DNA from: a virus
Strand: one strand, 5' to 3'
Length of the DNA stretch: 64,000 nt
IMG/VR virus record: IMGVR_UViG_3300032070_000632
Span: 13,055 to 77,054 of that record
In this document: positions 10,285 to 19,522 of the stretch, piece by piece
How the letters are laid out: every line of letters starts with the position of its first letter
Numbering within the stretch: the stretch's first letter is position 1
Notes under the pieces: generated by a model
Told to the model about the DNA's origin: nothing
Database searches by the model: none
The model's input: only the letters and a program-made list of their open reading frames with translations
Made by a program: the position numbers and the translations under genes

Positions 10285-12091
10285 AGAAAAAATAATTTAT
10301 CGCTACTTCATGACTGCCGAGGGATTTTCCGCCGGTAAATCATTGAAAAACGTGGAAATTTTTAAAGCCGGAACCTATCGTGGCCGGACGTATGTTGTCA
10401 ATGATTTAAAAAAGATGGTCCGAAATTTCAATTTTTTGAAAAAGAACAATATTTTTCCCAATGTTCCGGTAAGAGTTGACCATTCGGCCTCCGCTTACGA
10501 TGTGGCCGGTTATATTGAGGCAGTCAGGGTGAAAGGAGACAAGTTATTGGCGGACATGGCGATTACGGAAGAAGGCGTCTATAAAAAAATCAAACGGACG
10601 ACTTTACGCAGTCGTTCGATTGAAATAGGAGAATACGAAGATAATAAAGGAAACGTGTATTCTCCGGTTATCTATGGAGTCGCCTGGGTGGACATCCCAC
10701 AGGTCGAAGGATTGGCTCCGGTTCTTGCCGCCGCATACGGCAAGGACACTAAAATAATTAATTTAAACGAACTAACCGATATGTCTAAACTAAATAAAGA
10801 AAAATTTGATAAAAAAGAAGAAATTGAAGAGGATGAAGAAGACGAAGAGGAAGACGACGATAGTAAAGAGGACGCAACCGAAGATGAGGACGAAGAGGAT
10901 GATAAAAAGGAGGATGAGGAGGATAAAGAGGAAGATGAAGAAGAGGATAAGGAAGGCGACGAAAATAAAGACGGCGAAGATGAGGAAGAAAAAGAGGAGG
11001 AGGACGATGACTCTAAAGGAGGAGACGAGGAAGAAGATGACGAAGATGAAGAAGAAGAAAATGAAGATGATAAAAAAGAAGAAGAAGAGGATGACGATAC
11101 TGAATCTTTGGTAAAAGAATTAGATACCAGAATCGCCGGTGGCGAAAAAGGGGATTTTGTCGATGATTCCGATTTTAAGAAAAAATTTCAAAAAGTCATT
11201 AAAATGGCTAACAGCATCAAAGTCGGAGACATTAAAAAATTATTAACCTCTTTAAAGTCAGTGGCAAAAGGATTGATTGATAATGGGAAATATTACTCAG
11301 CGGGAAGAGTGGGTGAATTACTTGCTTCTTTAGAGAGTATTGTTTCCAGTGATAGTCCGACTTTTTCCCAAGAAGAATTGAAAAAGAAAGAAGACTCTGA
11401 AAAATGGACTAAAGATTACGTCAACGACCTTCCCGATTCTTCCTTTGCCGTCATCGAACCTGATTTTACCGCCGGTAAAACTAAAGATAAAAATTGCCGG
11501 CACCTTCCTTATAAAGACAAAGATGGCAAAGTTGATTTGGTCCATCTGCGAAATGCTTTAACCGAATTGGACCAATCAGAACCAGTCACCGATTCAATTT
11601 CCCTTCAAGAATTAAAATTAAAAGCGAAGACTGTATTGACTAAAATGGCAAAACGCTATTTAAAATCAACTCAGTTTGCCAAGACGGTTTCCAACGAGAA
11701 ATCAGGCAAATTTGTGCAGCTTCGCCGTGAAGATTTCGATTCCCTGATAAGGGATTCGGAACTCGCCGACGAATTCCGTCACAAGACGGACGAAGTGAAG
11801 CGTGAAAATAAACGCCTCACTATCCAGCAATTTGCTAAGGATGGCAAAACCACCCCAGCGATGCTGGAGATAGAACAGGAACTTGTTTCTGCTCTTTCCG
11901 ATGAGCAGATGGCTCTTTACCAAAAGGTAAAAGAGGCAACGCCGACAATCGTTCAGCTCAATAAAGAGCACGTTGCCAACCATGATAAAAAGCCGTCAAC
12001 TGAAAAGTCGAACTCAAAAGAAGAAACAGAAAAAGTTGCCGATGATTTTGTAAAACGAACTGACCCAATATCTGCTCCAAGCGAAGAATAA
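10277..12091 (+). CDS. prohead protease / scaffold (Mu gpI-like) with long acidic linker; possible internal scaffold start at 10781
   Basis: VEIFKAGTY, VDH, RSIEI, GVAWVDIPQV; about 95 aa D/E tract; LPDSSFA...RHLPY domain; position before capsid genes. Confidence 0.82.
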   Translation: MNKEKIIYRYFMTAEGFSAGKSLKNVEIFKAGTYRGRTYVVNDLKKMVRNFNFLKKNNIFPNVPVRVDHSASAYDVAGYIEAVRVKGDKLLADMAITEEGVYKKIKRTTLRSRSIEIGEYEDNKGNVYSPVIYGVAWVDIPQVEGLAPVLAAAYGKDTKIINLNELTDMSKLNKEKFDKKEEIEEDEEDEEEDDDSKEDATEDEDEEDDKKEDEEDKEEDEEEDKEGDENKDGEDEEEKEEEDDDSKGGDEEEDDEDEEEENEDDKKEEEEDDDTESLVKELDTRIAGGEKGDFVDDSDFKKKFQKVIKMANSIKVGDIKKLLTSLKSVAKGLIDNGKYYSAGRVGELLASLESIVSSDSPTFSQEELKKKEDSEKWTKDYVNDLPDSSFAVIEPDFTAGKTKDKNCRHLPYKDKDGKVDLVHLRNALTELDQSEPVTDSISLQELKLKAKTVLTKMAKRYLKSTQFAKTVSNEKSGKFVQLRREDFDSLIRDSELADEFRHKTDEVKRENKRLTIQQFAKDGKTTPAMLEIEQELVSALSDEQMALYQKVKEATPTIVQLNKEHVANHDKKPSTEKSNSKEETEKVADDFVKRTDPISAPSEE

Positions 12092-12118
12092 ATCGTTTGA
12101 GGCAGTAAAAGTATTTTT

Positions 12119-12526
12119 ATGCCTATTTACGAAAAAACAACGGGCACAAAAAAATACGAATACCTTAAATCTCAAGAAGGCATCTTTCTGCCAATCACTT
12201 TGGCAGAAGGAGCTGTTTCCGCTGATGCCGATGGCAATAAAATTGTCATCCCTGGAACCGTCTTAGCCATCATTACTTCCGGTACTGATGCCGATAAGTA
12301 CGGGCCTTACAGCACGACAGCGGCCGACGGACGCCAGACAACTAGCAATATCAAGTGTTTGCTTGATACCTATGCTAATTTGAAAGACGGCGACCTTGAG
12401 GTTGGAGGATTGTTTGAGGGCCATGTTGAGACAGCGAAGGTCACTTCTGATGGCGTTAAGGGCACGGTATCTGATGCCGTGAAAAATGCCTTGCGTTCTC
12501 AGACTTCCGACGTTCACTTCCATTAA
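12119..12526 (+). CDS. head decoration protein
   Basis: PGTVLA...KYGPY...ADGRQT motif; directly before capsid gene. Confidence 0.78.
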   Translation: MPIYEKTTGTKKYEYLKSQEGIFLPITLAEGAVSADADGNKIVIPGTVLAIITSGTDADKYGPYSTTAADGRQTTSNIKCLLDTYANLKDGDLEVGGLFEGHVETAKVTSDGVKGTVSDAVKNALRSQTSDVHFH

Positions 12527-12531
12527 TCCTT

Positions 12532-13581
12532 ATGTTTAACAGACAACCGCCTTTATTGCAAAAAGCTACTTTGACCAGAGTGGTGAATAAGATAAAAATC
12601 TCATCTCACCTGGGCGAAGAGTTTTTGCCGTTTAAACCGGTGCCAACTGAGAAAACAATTTGGGATGTCGTGGAAGCGGACATGGGAATGGCGAAATTTG
12701 TGGCTCCTGACGCTGAATCGCCTTTGGTTGATAAACGAAAAATCGACCAGGTGATTGCGACTATCGCTTCCATTCGTGAAAAGGAAAGATTCATCGAATC
12801 CGACCTTCGAGCGATTAGAGAAGCGGGTGAGCTTCCGATAGTGGAGGATTCTCCGACACTAATGAACGCTCTCAAGACCCAAGCCGAACAGCGGCTTCGT
12901 GATTCTCTCACACGGCTTAAAAACAGGGTAGCGAACAGACTAGAGTGGATGCGATGGCAAGCGATGTTAGGTACCGTCAGCTATGACGATGGCGATGTAA
13001 TATTCTCCGTCGATTATGGCATCCCAGCGGCTAATAAAGTTACCTTATCAGGTACGGCCGTCTGGAGCGATACTACCAACGCCGACCCGCTAAAGAATAT
13101 CAATGACTGGATTGATACCTACATTGATAATCAAAGCGGTCTTGCTCCGACCCGCATGGTCATGTCCCGCAAATCATTAGGTTACATTGCTCAAAACGCC
13201 AAAATTCGGGATTTATTGAAGTATAACAACAACATTAATCCGGAAGTTTTTGGTTCGCCGAAGATGGCCCAACAGTTGATTCTCAACTTGACGGACATCG
13301 TTAAAATTCACGTATATGATTCTTTTTATGAAGATGCCTCAGGGACCTCTTTGAGATACCTGGCTCAAAATAAAATTATCATGCTGCCTGAACCAGTAAC
13401 GAACGGCGAAACTTTGGGCGACGTTGCCGATGGTCCTCATCCGCACAACAACTACAAACCAGGTCTTTATACTTGGACTGAAACCAAGAAAGACCCCTAT
13501 ACAACGTTTGTGGGAGTTGGCCGTGAGTGCTTCCCTCGTATTTTCCATCCAGATTGGATTTTTGTGGCAACCGTATATTAA
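12532..13581 (+). CDS. major capsid protein (lambda gpE-like)
   Basis: 349 aa; RLEWMRWQAM, VDYGIP and W...ADPL motifs. Confidence 0.9.
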   Translation: MFNRQPPLLQKATLTRVVNKIKISSHLGEEFLPFKPVPTEKTIWDVVEADMGMAKFVAPDAESPLVDKRKIDQVIATIASIREKERFIESDLRAIREAGELPIVEDSPTLMNALKTQAEQRLRDSLTRLKNRVANRLEWMRWQAMLGTVSYDDGDVIFSVDYGIPAANKVTLSGTAVWSDTTNADPLKNINDWIDTYIDNQSGLAPTRMVMSRKSLGYIAQNAKIRDLLKYNNNINPEVFGSPKMAQQLILNLTDIVKIHVYDSFYEDASGTSLRYLAQNKIIMLPEPVTNGETLGDVADGPHPHNNYKPGLYTWTETKKDPYTTFVGVGRECFPRIFHPDWIFVATVY

Positions 13582-13688
13582 GGAGTGGCGGGACCGGCTC
13601 TTTTACTCAGCGGTCCCAAATGGTTGTTGGATATACTACCCTAAGTGGCATATCCAACACACTTAGGGAATCATTAATTAATAAATTT

Positions 13689-13964
13689 ATGTCTATTAAA
13701 ATTGACATTCATCGCAATTCAAGAATTTGGAAAATAGGAGATAATAAGGGATTATTTTTCGGACAATTTAAAGAAGAGGCTATCGCTGGCTTGTTCGGCA
13801 AAGGAATTATATCGGAAAATCCGGAAAATGATTCCAAAACAACCGCCTCTTTGGGAAAGATTATTGATGCCAGATTTTTCAGCCAGATTCCGGAAATTGC
13901 GAAGGAAATCAGCCGACGGGTTTTAACTTATCCGATTATCGTTGAGACTTTGAATGAGTTATAA
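13689..13964 (+). CDS. hypothetical protein
   Basis: ATG 13689 after AT-rich leader, within ORF 13527..13964. Confidence 0.55.
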   Translation: MSIKIDIHRNSRIWKIGDNKGLFFGQFKEEAIAGLFGKGIISENPENDSKTTASLGKIIDARFFSQIPEIAKEISRRVLTYPIIVETLNEL

Positions 13965-14493
13965 ATTAATAGGCATAGTTAAAGTCAAAGATATGCAACC
14001 AAAAACCGTTCCCGAGGGAACTAAAATTGATTACGATAAAGATAAATTTTCAGAATTTATTTGCGTTAATTGCAACCGAACTTTTATCGCTGATAAAGAT
14101 TCCGGCCGGATATTATGTGGCGAACATGAGTGTATTAAAGAACATGGAAAAATTGTTTTTGCACAGACGATAATGCAAAGAAAAAAAATAAAAGAAATGA
14201 AAAGGCCGCAAACTATAATTTTGGACAAGAAACCTGATAAAAGGTCAGTTAAGGAAAGAAAACGCGAAGTGTTGCTTGCCATTAGAAATTATACGATTAA
14301 AAACAGAAAAGAATTGAAAGGTTCTTATCCAACGATGGCACAATGGATGGCAGACAGGATGACACCGACTCCCAGGGTTATATTGAGAATATTCAGTTCC
14401 TGGGTTGAAGTGATTAAAGAAGTAAAAAAAATGCCCCGACCGTTCGTTTATACGCTGGAAAGAAATAAAGAAATAAAGTTAAGCAATAAATAA
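13954..14493 (+). CDS. zinc-finger protein with C-terminal homing-endonuclease-associated-type repeat
   Basis: CVNC...CGEHEC; YPT...P...I...FSSW. Confidence 0.5.
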   Translation: MSYKLIGIVKVKDMQPKTVPEGTKIDYDKDKFSEFICVNCNRTFIADKDSGRILCGEHECIKEHGKIVFAQTIMQRKKIKEMKRPQTIILDKKPDKRSVKERKREVLLAIRNYTIKNRKELKGSYPTMAQWMADRMTPTPRVILRIFSSWVEVIKEVKKMPRPFVYTLERNKEIKLSNK

Positions 14494-14512
14494 TTAAGCC
14501 AAAGTTAAAGAT

Positions 14513-15583
14513 ATGAACATTTTATTTATAGCGGATGACAAAAAAGGCACCGGCTTCTATCGCATGATGATGCCGGCCAATGAAATCCGCAAAGCCAACA
14601 TGGCCAACGTGAGACTTTGTTTCGCCGTTGACCAAAATGACATTCAATGGGCAGACATCGTGGTAGTCCAGCGGGCACACCATCCGTCAATGTTTGAAAT
14701 GTTTGACTGGGCGAAATCAATCGGCAAAGTAATGGTGTACGAAATTGATGATTACTTGCAGGGAGTTGACCCGACCAATCCGGCCTATCGCAGTTGGACG
14801 CCGGCCGGACCGCACTTACAGCGGGCACTGGCTTTGATGGAAAAAGCGGATGCGATGACGGTGACTACCGACCGGTTGCAGAGAGAATATGCTCCTTGGA
14901 ATAAAAACATTTTCGTCATCCCGAATTTTCTGGATAAAACCTTGTTTCCGCCGGCGAAAAAAGTTTATAAAGATAAATTAATTAGAATTGGTTATACCGG
15001 ATTTTCTTCCCACCAGAAAGACTTGGAATTGATTGATGATATAATGACGAAGATATGCGAGAAGTATCCGGAAGTGAGATTTAAGGTAATGGGAATAATT
15101 CCCGAGCATGCGTTCAAAAGAATACCGCAATATAATTATAAATATCGGGGAGTAAAGATAAAATCGCAGTTGGAATATATTAGCGGAACGGACATTACGG
15201 CTTACTTTTATAAGTTGGCCGACCAAGGATGGGATATTGGATTGGCACCATTGATTGATAATTCATTCAATGCCTGCAAATCAGACCTGAAAATAAAGGA
15301 ATATGGCGCATTGAGCATACCGGTCGTGGCTTCCAACGTCTATCCATACCAGAAAGCGATAAAACAGGGATACAACGGCTTTTTAGCCTCCACGGGCAAG
15401 GAATGGTACGAAGCGATAGAAAAATTGATTCTGGACAAAAAATTGAGACAGGAAATAGGCAATAACAACCTGGTATGGGTGAATGAAAACGGTTGGATTC
15501 AGGATAATGTCGCTGTCTGGATTAATACTTATCAACATATTTATGATAATATGTTAAAAGCGACGGGAATAACGCCGCAATAA
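14513..15583 (+). CDS. glycosyltransferase (GT-B/GT4-like) within head module
   Basis: GTGFYRM, YEIDD, DIGLAPL...FNACKSDLKIKEY, PVVAS. Confidence 0.9.
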   Translation: MNILFIADDKKGTGFYRMMMPANEIRKANMANVRLCFAVDQNDIQWADIVVVQRAHHPSMFEMFDWAKSIGKVMVYEIDDYLQGVDPTNPAYRSWTPAGPHLQRALALMEKADAMTVTTDRLQREYAPWNKNIFVIPNFLDKTLFPPAKKVYKDKLIRIGYTGFSSHQKDLELIDDIMTKICEKYPEVRFKVMGIIPEHAFKRIPQYNYKYRGVKIKSQLEYISGTDITAYFYKLADQGWDIGLAPLIDNSFNACKSDLKIKEYGALSIPVVASNVYPYQKAIKQGYNGFLASTGKEWYEAIEKLILDKKLRQEIGNNNLVWVNENGWIQDNVAVWINTYQHIYDNMLKATGITPQ

Positions 15584-15622
15584 AGGTCGAAAGAATTAAT
15601 AAATAGAAAGGAAATAAATTTT

Positions 15623-16697
15623 ATGGCTGCAACATTTAGTGATTAAGTTTATGAAAAATATAAAACATCATGATGTAGTTGATATAAAAATGGAAAAAAT
15701 ATATCAAGAAATAAAAAAACTTAATCATTAACTAAGTGTTGAATATTTGGCAACAAATATTAAGAAACTCCGTAAATTCAGGGAAAGTCCTCAATAAATT
15801 TAGCCAGAGGATAACCCTGAGCCAAACCCTATTAGGGGAGGTGCAGAGACTATAATCGGAGAATCCTATATTTAGGATTAAGGGATAGTCCGAACTGTAT
15901 AGTAATATACAGAGCTAAACAGAAATGTTTTAGCCCTCTATTAAAGAGAGTAACAAAATGTTAAATGGGCACAAACCAATGGTGCTGGTGTGGTAGTCAC
16001 GGAACTTGGTCCGTCGGGCAATCTTTTCAATTTTAAAAATGCCGACAATGCTGTTCCGTCTGATTACACCAGTTATCCGGTTACTGCCGGTAGAAACTCT
16101 TATCGAGTTTATTTAAGACCAAAGTTTAAAGGTGTAGGTTCATTCAACAAGATAAATTTTTGTGTCTTGTATAAATCTCTTCTGATTAATGGGGAAACTC
16201 TTATCGCTAAGACGAAGACAACCCTCAACAAGCAGATTATGAAAATAATCGTGCAGTTGCAACGACTGAGTGAAGAGACTCTTGTTAAATTAACAAGGGA
16301 AGCGACAGTCTGAACTTTATGGAAACATAGAGAGGCAAGCAGAAATGACTTGTCCATAATTGCATATAGAGTGCAATTATAGTAACAATGTTGTCAAAAT
16401 ATTCAATTTTGGAAATCAGCCGGTGCCTATGGCACGGGTGAAGTAATTAAGTGGGACCCAACTACCCCGACCGCATTTGCGACGCCAATTACTGGTGCGA
16501 TTGCCGGCGGAGCGAATATCCCCACTGCCGACCCTGGTGCGGCCAACGTCTCAATCGGCGGTGCGGCACCTTCGGCGTCAGAATTAACCACGACTGGTTA
16601 TTCCGACTATCTCGTATTGCAATTCCAAACCACGACGGGTGCGGAGGCAGGTGACACTAATACATTCACGTACAGCCTCCAGTATGATGAAAATTAG
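15623..16697 (+). CDS. spliced gene, putative virion structural protein, 169 aa; exons 15623-15635, 15961-16153, 16394-16697
   Basis: Joined exons total 510 nt and read MAATFKWAQTNGAG...GSFNKIQNIQFWKSAG...YSLQYDEN* with no internal stop. Confidence 0.88.
15636..15960 (+). ncRNA. group I self-splicing intron 1 (325 nt)
   Basis: P1 CAACAU/GUGUUG with U-G at splice site; P AAUUCAGGGAA, Q AACCCUGAGC, R GCAGAGACUAUA, S AAGGGAUAGUCC; P3 CUCCG/CGGAG; P9 hairpins; terminal G 15960. Confidence 0.92.
15651..15731 (+). pseudogene. 26-codon relic ORF in intron 1 P1 loop (probable deleted homing endonuclease)
   Basis: MKNIKHHDVVDIKMEKIYQEIKKLNH* enclosed by the TGATTAAGTTT/AAACTTAATCA stem. Confidence 0.5.
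16154..16393 (+). ncRNA. group I self-splicing intron 2 (240 nt, ORF-less)
   Basis: P1 ACAAGAU/GUCUUGU; P3 UCUCUUC/GAAGAGA; R GCAACGACUGAG, S AAGCGACAGUCU; P9 hairpins; terminal G 16393 (16390 is an in-frame alternative). Confidence 0.9.
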
Positions 16698-16826
16698 AAA
16701 ACAATTTGACTAATTAGTCAAGTAATTACTCTTATGCGTAAGCCCAAATACAATTGGCGGTTAAACTGGGAAACGAATACTAAAAATTCGCCCCAGTTTT
16801 TATTTATTTAAGTTAAAGTTAAAGAT

Positions 16827-17276
16827 ATGCAAAATAAATATCATTTCGTTTGGCGGGCACATTTTAAAGATGGTTCCATTCTTAATCAAATTGAGGGCGA
16901 ACAGGAAAAAACTTACAGGGACATAGACCAGCATCCGGAAAAAGTAAAAAAGTTTGAATTAATAAACGTGCAGAATCCGGAAAAAATTTATAGCGTTGAT
17001 TTGGAGACGGGAGACTTTAATTTCAATGGCGTAATTTTTAAAAACAACATTGACGTTTCCGACTGCCAGTTGCGGTGCATCTATTTTCGTCGCCGGCAAA
17101 AAATAATGTTTTCCGCCATTCCCGATATTATTTCCGCTTATCTTCTGGGTTGGCAGACGACTAAAAATAACATTAATATTAAGAAAGAATATATTATTTC
17201 TCCTGATTGCAGTATTAAAGAAATAATACAAAAAGGAAAAAGATTAATCAGTTCTAATATAAAAATAATAAAATAA
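16827..17276 (+). CDS. hypothetical phage protein
   Basis: 149 aa ORF; IYFRR and YLLGWQ motifs. Confidence 0.7.
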   Translation: MQNKYHFVWRAHFKDGSILNQIEGEQEKTYRDIDQHPEKVKKFELINVQNPEKIYSVDLETGDFNFNGVIFKNNIDVSDCQLRCIYFRRRQKIMFSAIPDIISAYLLGWQTTKNNINIKKEYIISPDCSIKEIIQKGKRLISSNIKIIK

Positions 17277-17302
17277 AAGTTTTTATATAATTTGTTAAAT
17301 TT

Positions 17303-19138
17303 ATGGCAAATCCTGGTACAACAGGCGTTAATACGATAGTAGGCACAAAAACTTGGGTTAATACTAACAATGTTAAAGTAAGCGATAATGTTTATGCAAA
17401 TGCTTATACTGGCGCGAATTGGAGTAATATTTTTACCTACACGACTAATGCGACTGCTACTTTAGTAACTGCTTGGATAGGAGCGGCAATTAATACCTCA
17501 CCAACCATTCCAGCTGTGATAAATGGACAAGCAACTATAGTCAATGCCAATTCCACTTTTAGGGCAAATACTGCTTTAACTAATTGTTTTATAAACGCTA
17601 ATGTAGCATTTGTGTCTAATATTATGACAGATGCTTTTAATGCGTGCAGTAATTTAGTAGGCGTAGATGCTATCCCAAACAGTGTGACGAGTATGGATTC
17701 TACTTTCTATTCCTGCACCAATCTTGTCAACGCTCCGACTATCGGTGTGAATGTGACGAGTATGTATTTTACTTTCTATTCCTGCACCAATCTTGTCAAC
17801 GCTCCGACTATTCCTAACAGTGTGACGAATATGGATTTTACTTTCCGGTCCTGCACCAATCTTGTCAACGCTCCGACTATTCCTAACAGTGTGACGAATA
17901 TGGATTCTACTTTCCGGTCCTGCACCAATCTTGTCAACGCTCCGACTATTCCTAACAGTGTGACGAATATGGATTCTACTTTCGCTTCCTGCTCCGGCAT
18001 TGTCAACGCTCCGACTATCGGTGTGAATGTGACGAGTATGACTTATACTTTCTATTCCTGCACCAATCTTGTCAACGCTCCGACTATTCCTAACAGTGTG
18101 ACGAGTATGGATTCTACTTTCTATTCCTGCACCAATCTTGTCAACGCTCCGACTATCGGTGTGAATGTGACGAGTATGACTTATACTTTCTATTCCTGCA
18201 CCAATCTTGTCAACGCTCCGACTATTCCTAACAGTGTGACGAGTATGGATTCTACTTTCTATTCCTGCACCAATCTTGTCAACGCTCCGACTATCGGTGT
18301 GAATGTGACGAGTATGTATTTTACTTTCTATTCCTGCACCAATCTTGTCAACGCTCCGACTATTCCTAACAGTGTGACGAATATGGATTTTACTTTCCGG
18401 TCCTGCACCAATCTTGTCAACGCTCCGACTATTCCTAACAGTGTGACGAATATGGATTCTACTTTCCGGTCCTGCACCAATCTTGTCAACGCTCCGACTA
18501 TTCCTAACAGTGTGACGAATATGGATTCTACTTTCGCTTCCTGCTCCGGCATTGTCAACGCTCCGACTATCGGTGTGAATGTGACGAGTATGACTTATAC
18601 TTTCTATTCCTGCACCAATCTTGTCAACGCTCCGACTATTCCTAACAGTGTGACGAGTATGGATTCTACTTTCTATTCCTGCACCAATCTTGTCAACGCT
18701 CCGACTATCGGTGTGAATGTGACGAGTATGACTTATACTTTCTATTCCTGCACCAATCTTGTCAACGCTCCGACTATTCCTAACAGTGTGACGAGTATGG
18801 CTTATACTTTTAATTCCTGCACCAATCTTGTCAACGCTCCGACTATTCCTAACAGTGTGACGAATATGGCTTATACTTTCGCTTCCTGCTCCGGCATTGT
18901 CAATGCTCCGACTATCGGTGTGAATGTGACGAGTATGGGTTATACTTTCTATTTCTGCACCAACCTCGCTGGTAATATAACCATAGTAAATGCCAATGTA
19001 ACCAATTTTACTGCGTGTTTTACTGGATGTAATGCTTCTATTGCTAAAACATTAAGATGTCCTACTGGTTCAGCAAGTTATAATTTAGCGATAAATGTTT
19101 GCAATGGAATAAACGGCGTTACTGTCGTAGCTTATTAA
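17303..19138 (+). CDS. BspA/DUF285-like leucine-rich repeat protein, putative receptor-binding or adhesin
   Basis: 19 tandem 23-aa repeats CTNLVNAPTIPNSVTxMxxTFxS. Confidence 0.85.
   Translation: MANPGTTGVNTIVGTKTWVNTNNVKVSDNVYANAYTGANWSNIFTYTTNATATLVTAWIGAAINTSPTIPAVINGQATIVNANSTFRANTALTNCFINANVAFVSNIMTDAFNACSNLVGVDAIPNSVTSMDSTFYSCTNLVNAPTIGVNVTSMYFTFYSCTNLVNAPTIPNSVTNMDFTFRSCTNLVNAPTIPNSVTNMDSTFRSCTNLVNAPTIPNSVTNMDSTFASCSGIVNAPTIGVNVTSMTYTFYSCTNLVNAPTIPNSVTSMDSTFYSCTNLVNAPTIGVNVTSMTYTFYSCTNLVNAPTIPNSVTSMDSTFYSCTNLVNAPTIGVNVTSMYFTFYSCTNLVNAPTIPNSVTNMDFTFRSCTNLVNAPTIPNSVTNMDSTFRSCTNLVNAPTIPNSVTNMDSTFASCSGIVNAPTIGVNVTSMTYTFYSCTNLVNAPTIPNSVTSMDSTFYSCTNLVNAPTIGVNVTSMTYTFYSCTNLVNAPTIPNSVTSMAYTFNSCTNLVNAPTIPNSVTNMAYTFASCSGIVNAPTIGVNVTSMGYTFYFCTNLAGNITIVNANVTNFTACFTGCNASIAKTLRCPTGSASYNLAINVCNGINGVTVVAY
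17684..18964 (+). repeat. 69-bp tandem repeat x19 with 552-bp higher-order duplication
   Basis: Units 1-8 recur as units 9-16; identical antisense ORFs at 17776 and 18328 are 552 bp apart. Confidence 0.95.
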
Positions 19139-19161
19139 ATTTAATAATTAACATAAAATTT

Positions 19162-19521
19162 ATGGAATTTAGAATTTTGAATAATGATTTGTGGATTAAC
19201 AAAGAAGGCAACCACGAATTATTCTTACAGATAGAGATAAATGACGGTAAAGAAATCTGGAGAAAAGCCGCCAGACTTCCTGCGGAAGAAGTAGCTTTAG
19301 TCGTGGCTGATGCAAAAGCTATCAACGATATAGCTTTACGAATGGCGAACAGGGCGGTAATAACCAGACCGCAAGAAAAAATAGACGAAGAAAACGAACG
19401 AATTTATAGATTAGAACAAATCAGATTAGAAGCGGCGCAAGAAGAATCTAAAGTGGAACAGATTAAACTTGATACTGCCAAAGAATTGGTTAGATTAGAA
19501 AACTTAAAAGCAACGAAATAA
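19162..19521 (+). CDS. hypothetical protein with coiled-coil C-terminus
   Basis: ATG 19162 within ORF 19099..19521. Confidence 0.6.
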   Translation: MEFRILNNDLWINKEGNHELFLQIEINDGKEIWRKAARLPAEEVALVVADAKAINDIALRMANRAVITRPQEKIDEENERIYRLEQIRLEAAQEESKVEQIKLDTAKELVRLENLKATK

Positions 19522-19522
19522 T

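Noticed and set aside
10806-11114. K/R/M-rich 102 aa ORF
   Set aside because: Frame shadow of the GAA/GAT-rich acidic tract of the scaffold
13579-13644. Stop-codon readthrough extension of the capsid protein
   Set aside because: The same frame stops again after 20 codons, and the stop is TAA
15990-16654. ORFs 15990..16313, 16109..16357 and 16451..16654 as independent genes
   Set aside because: They are exon 2 reading into intron 2, an antisense shadow, and an off-frame shadow of exon 3
17684-18964. CRISPR array or DGR template/variable repeats
   Set aside because: Repeats are contiguous 69-bp in-frame coding units with no unique spacers; variation is not adenine-specific and no reverse transcriptase is visible in the window
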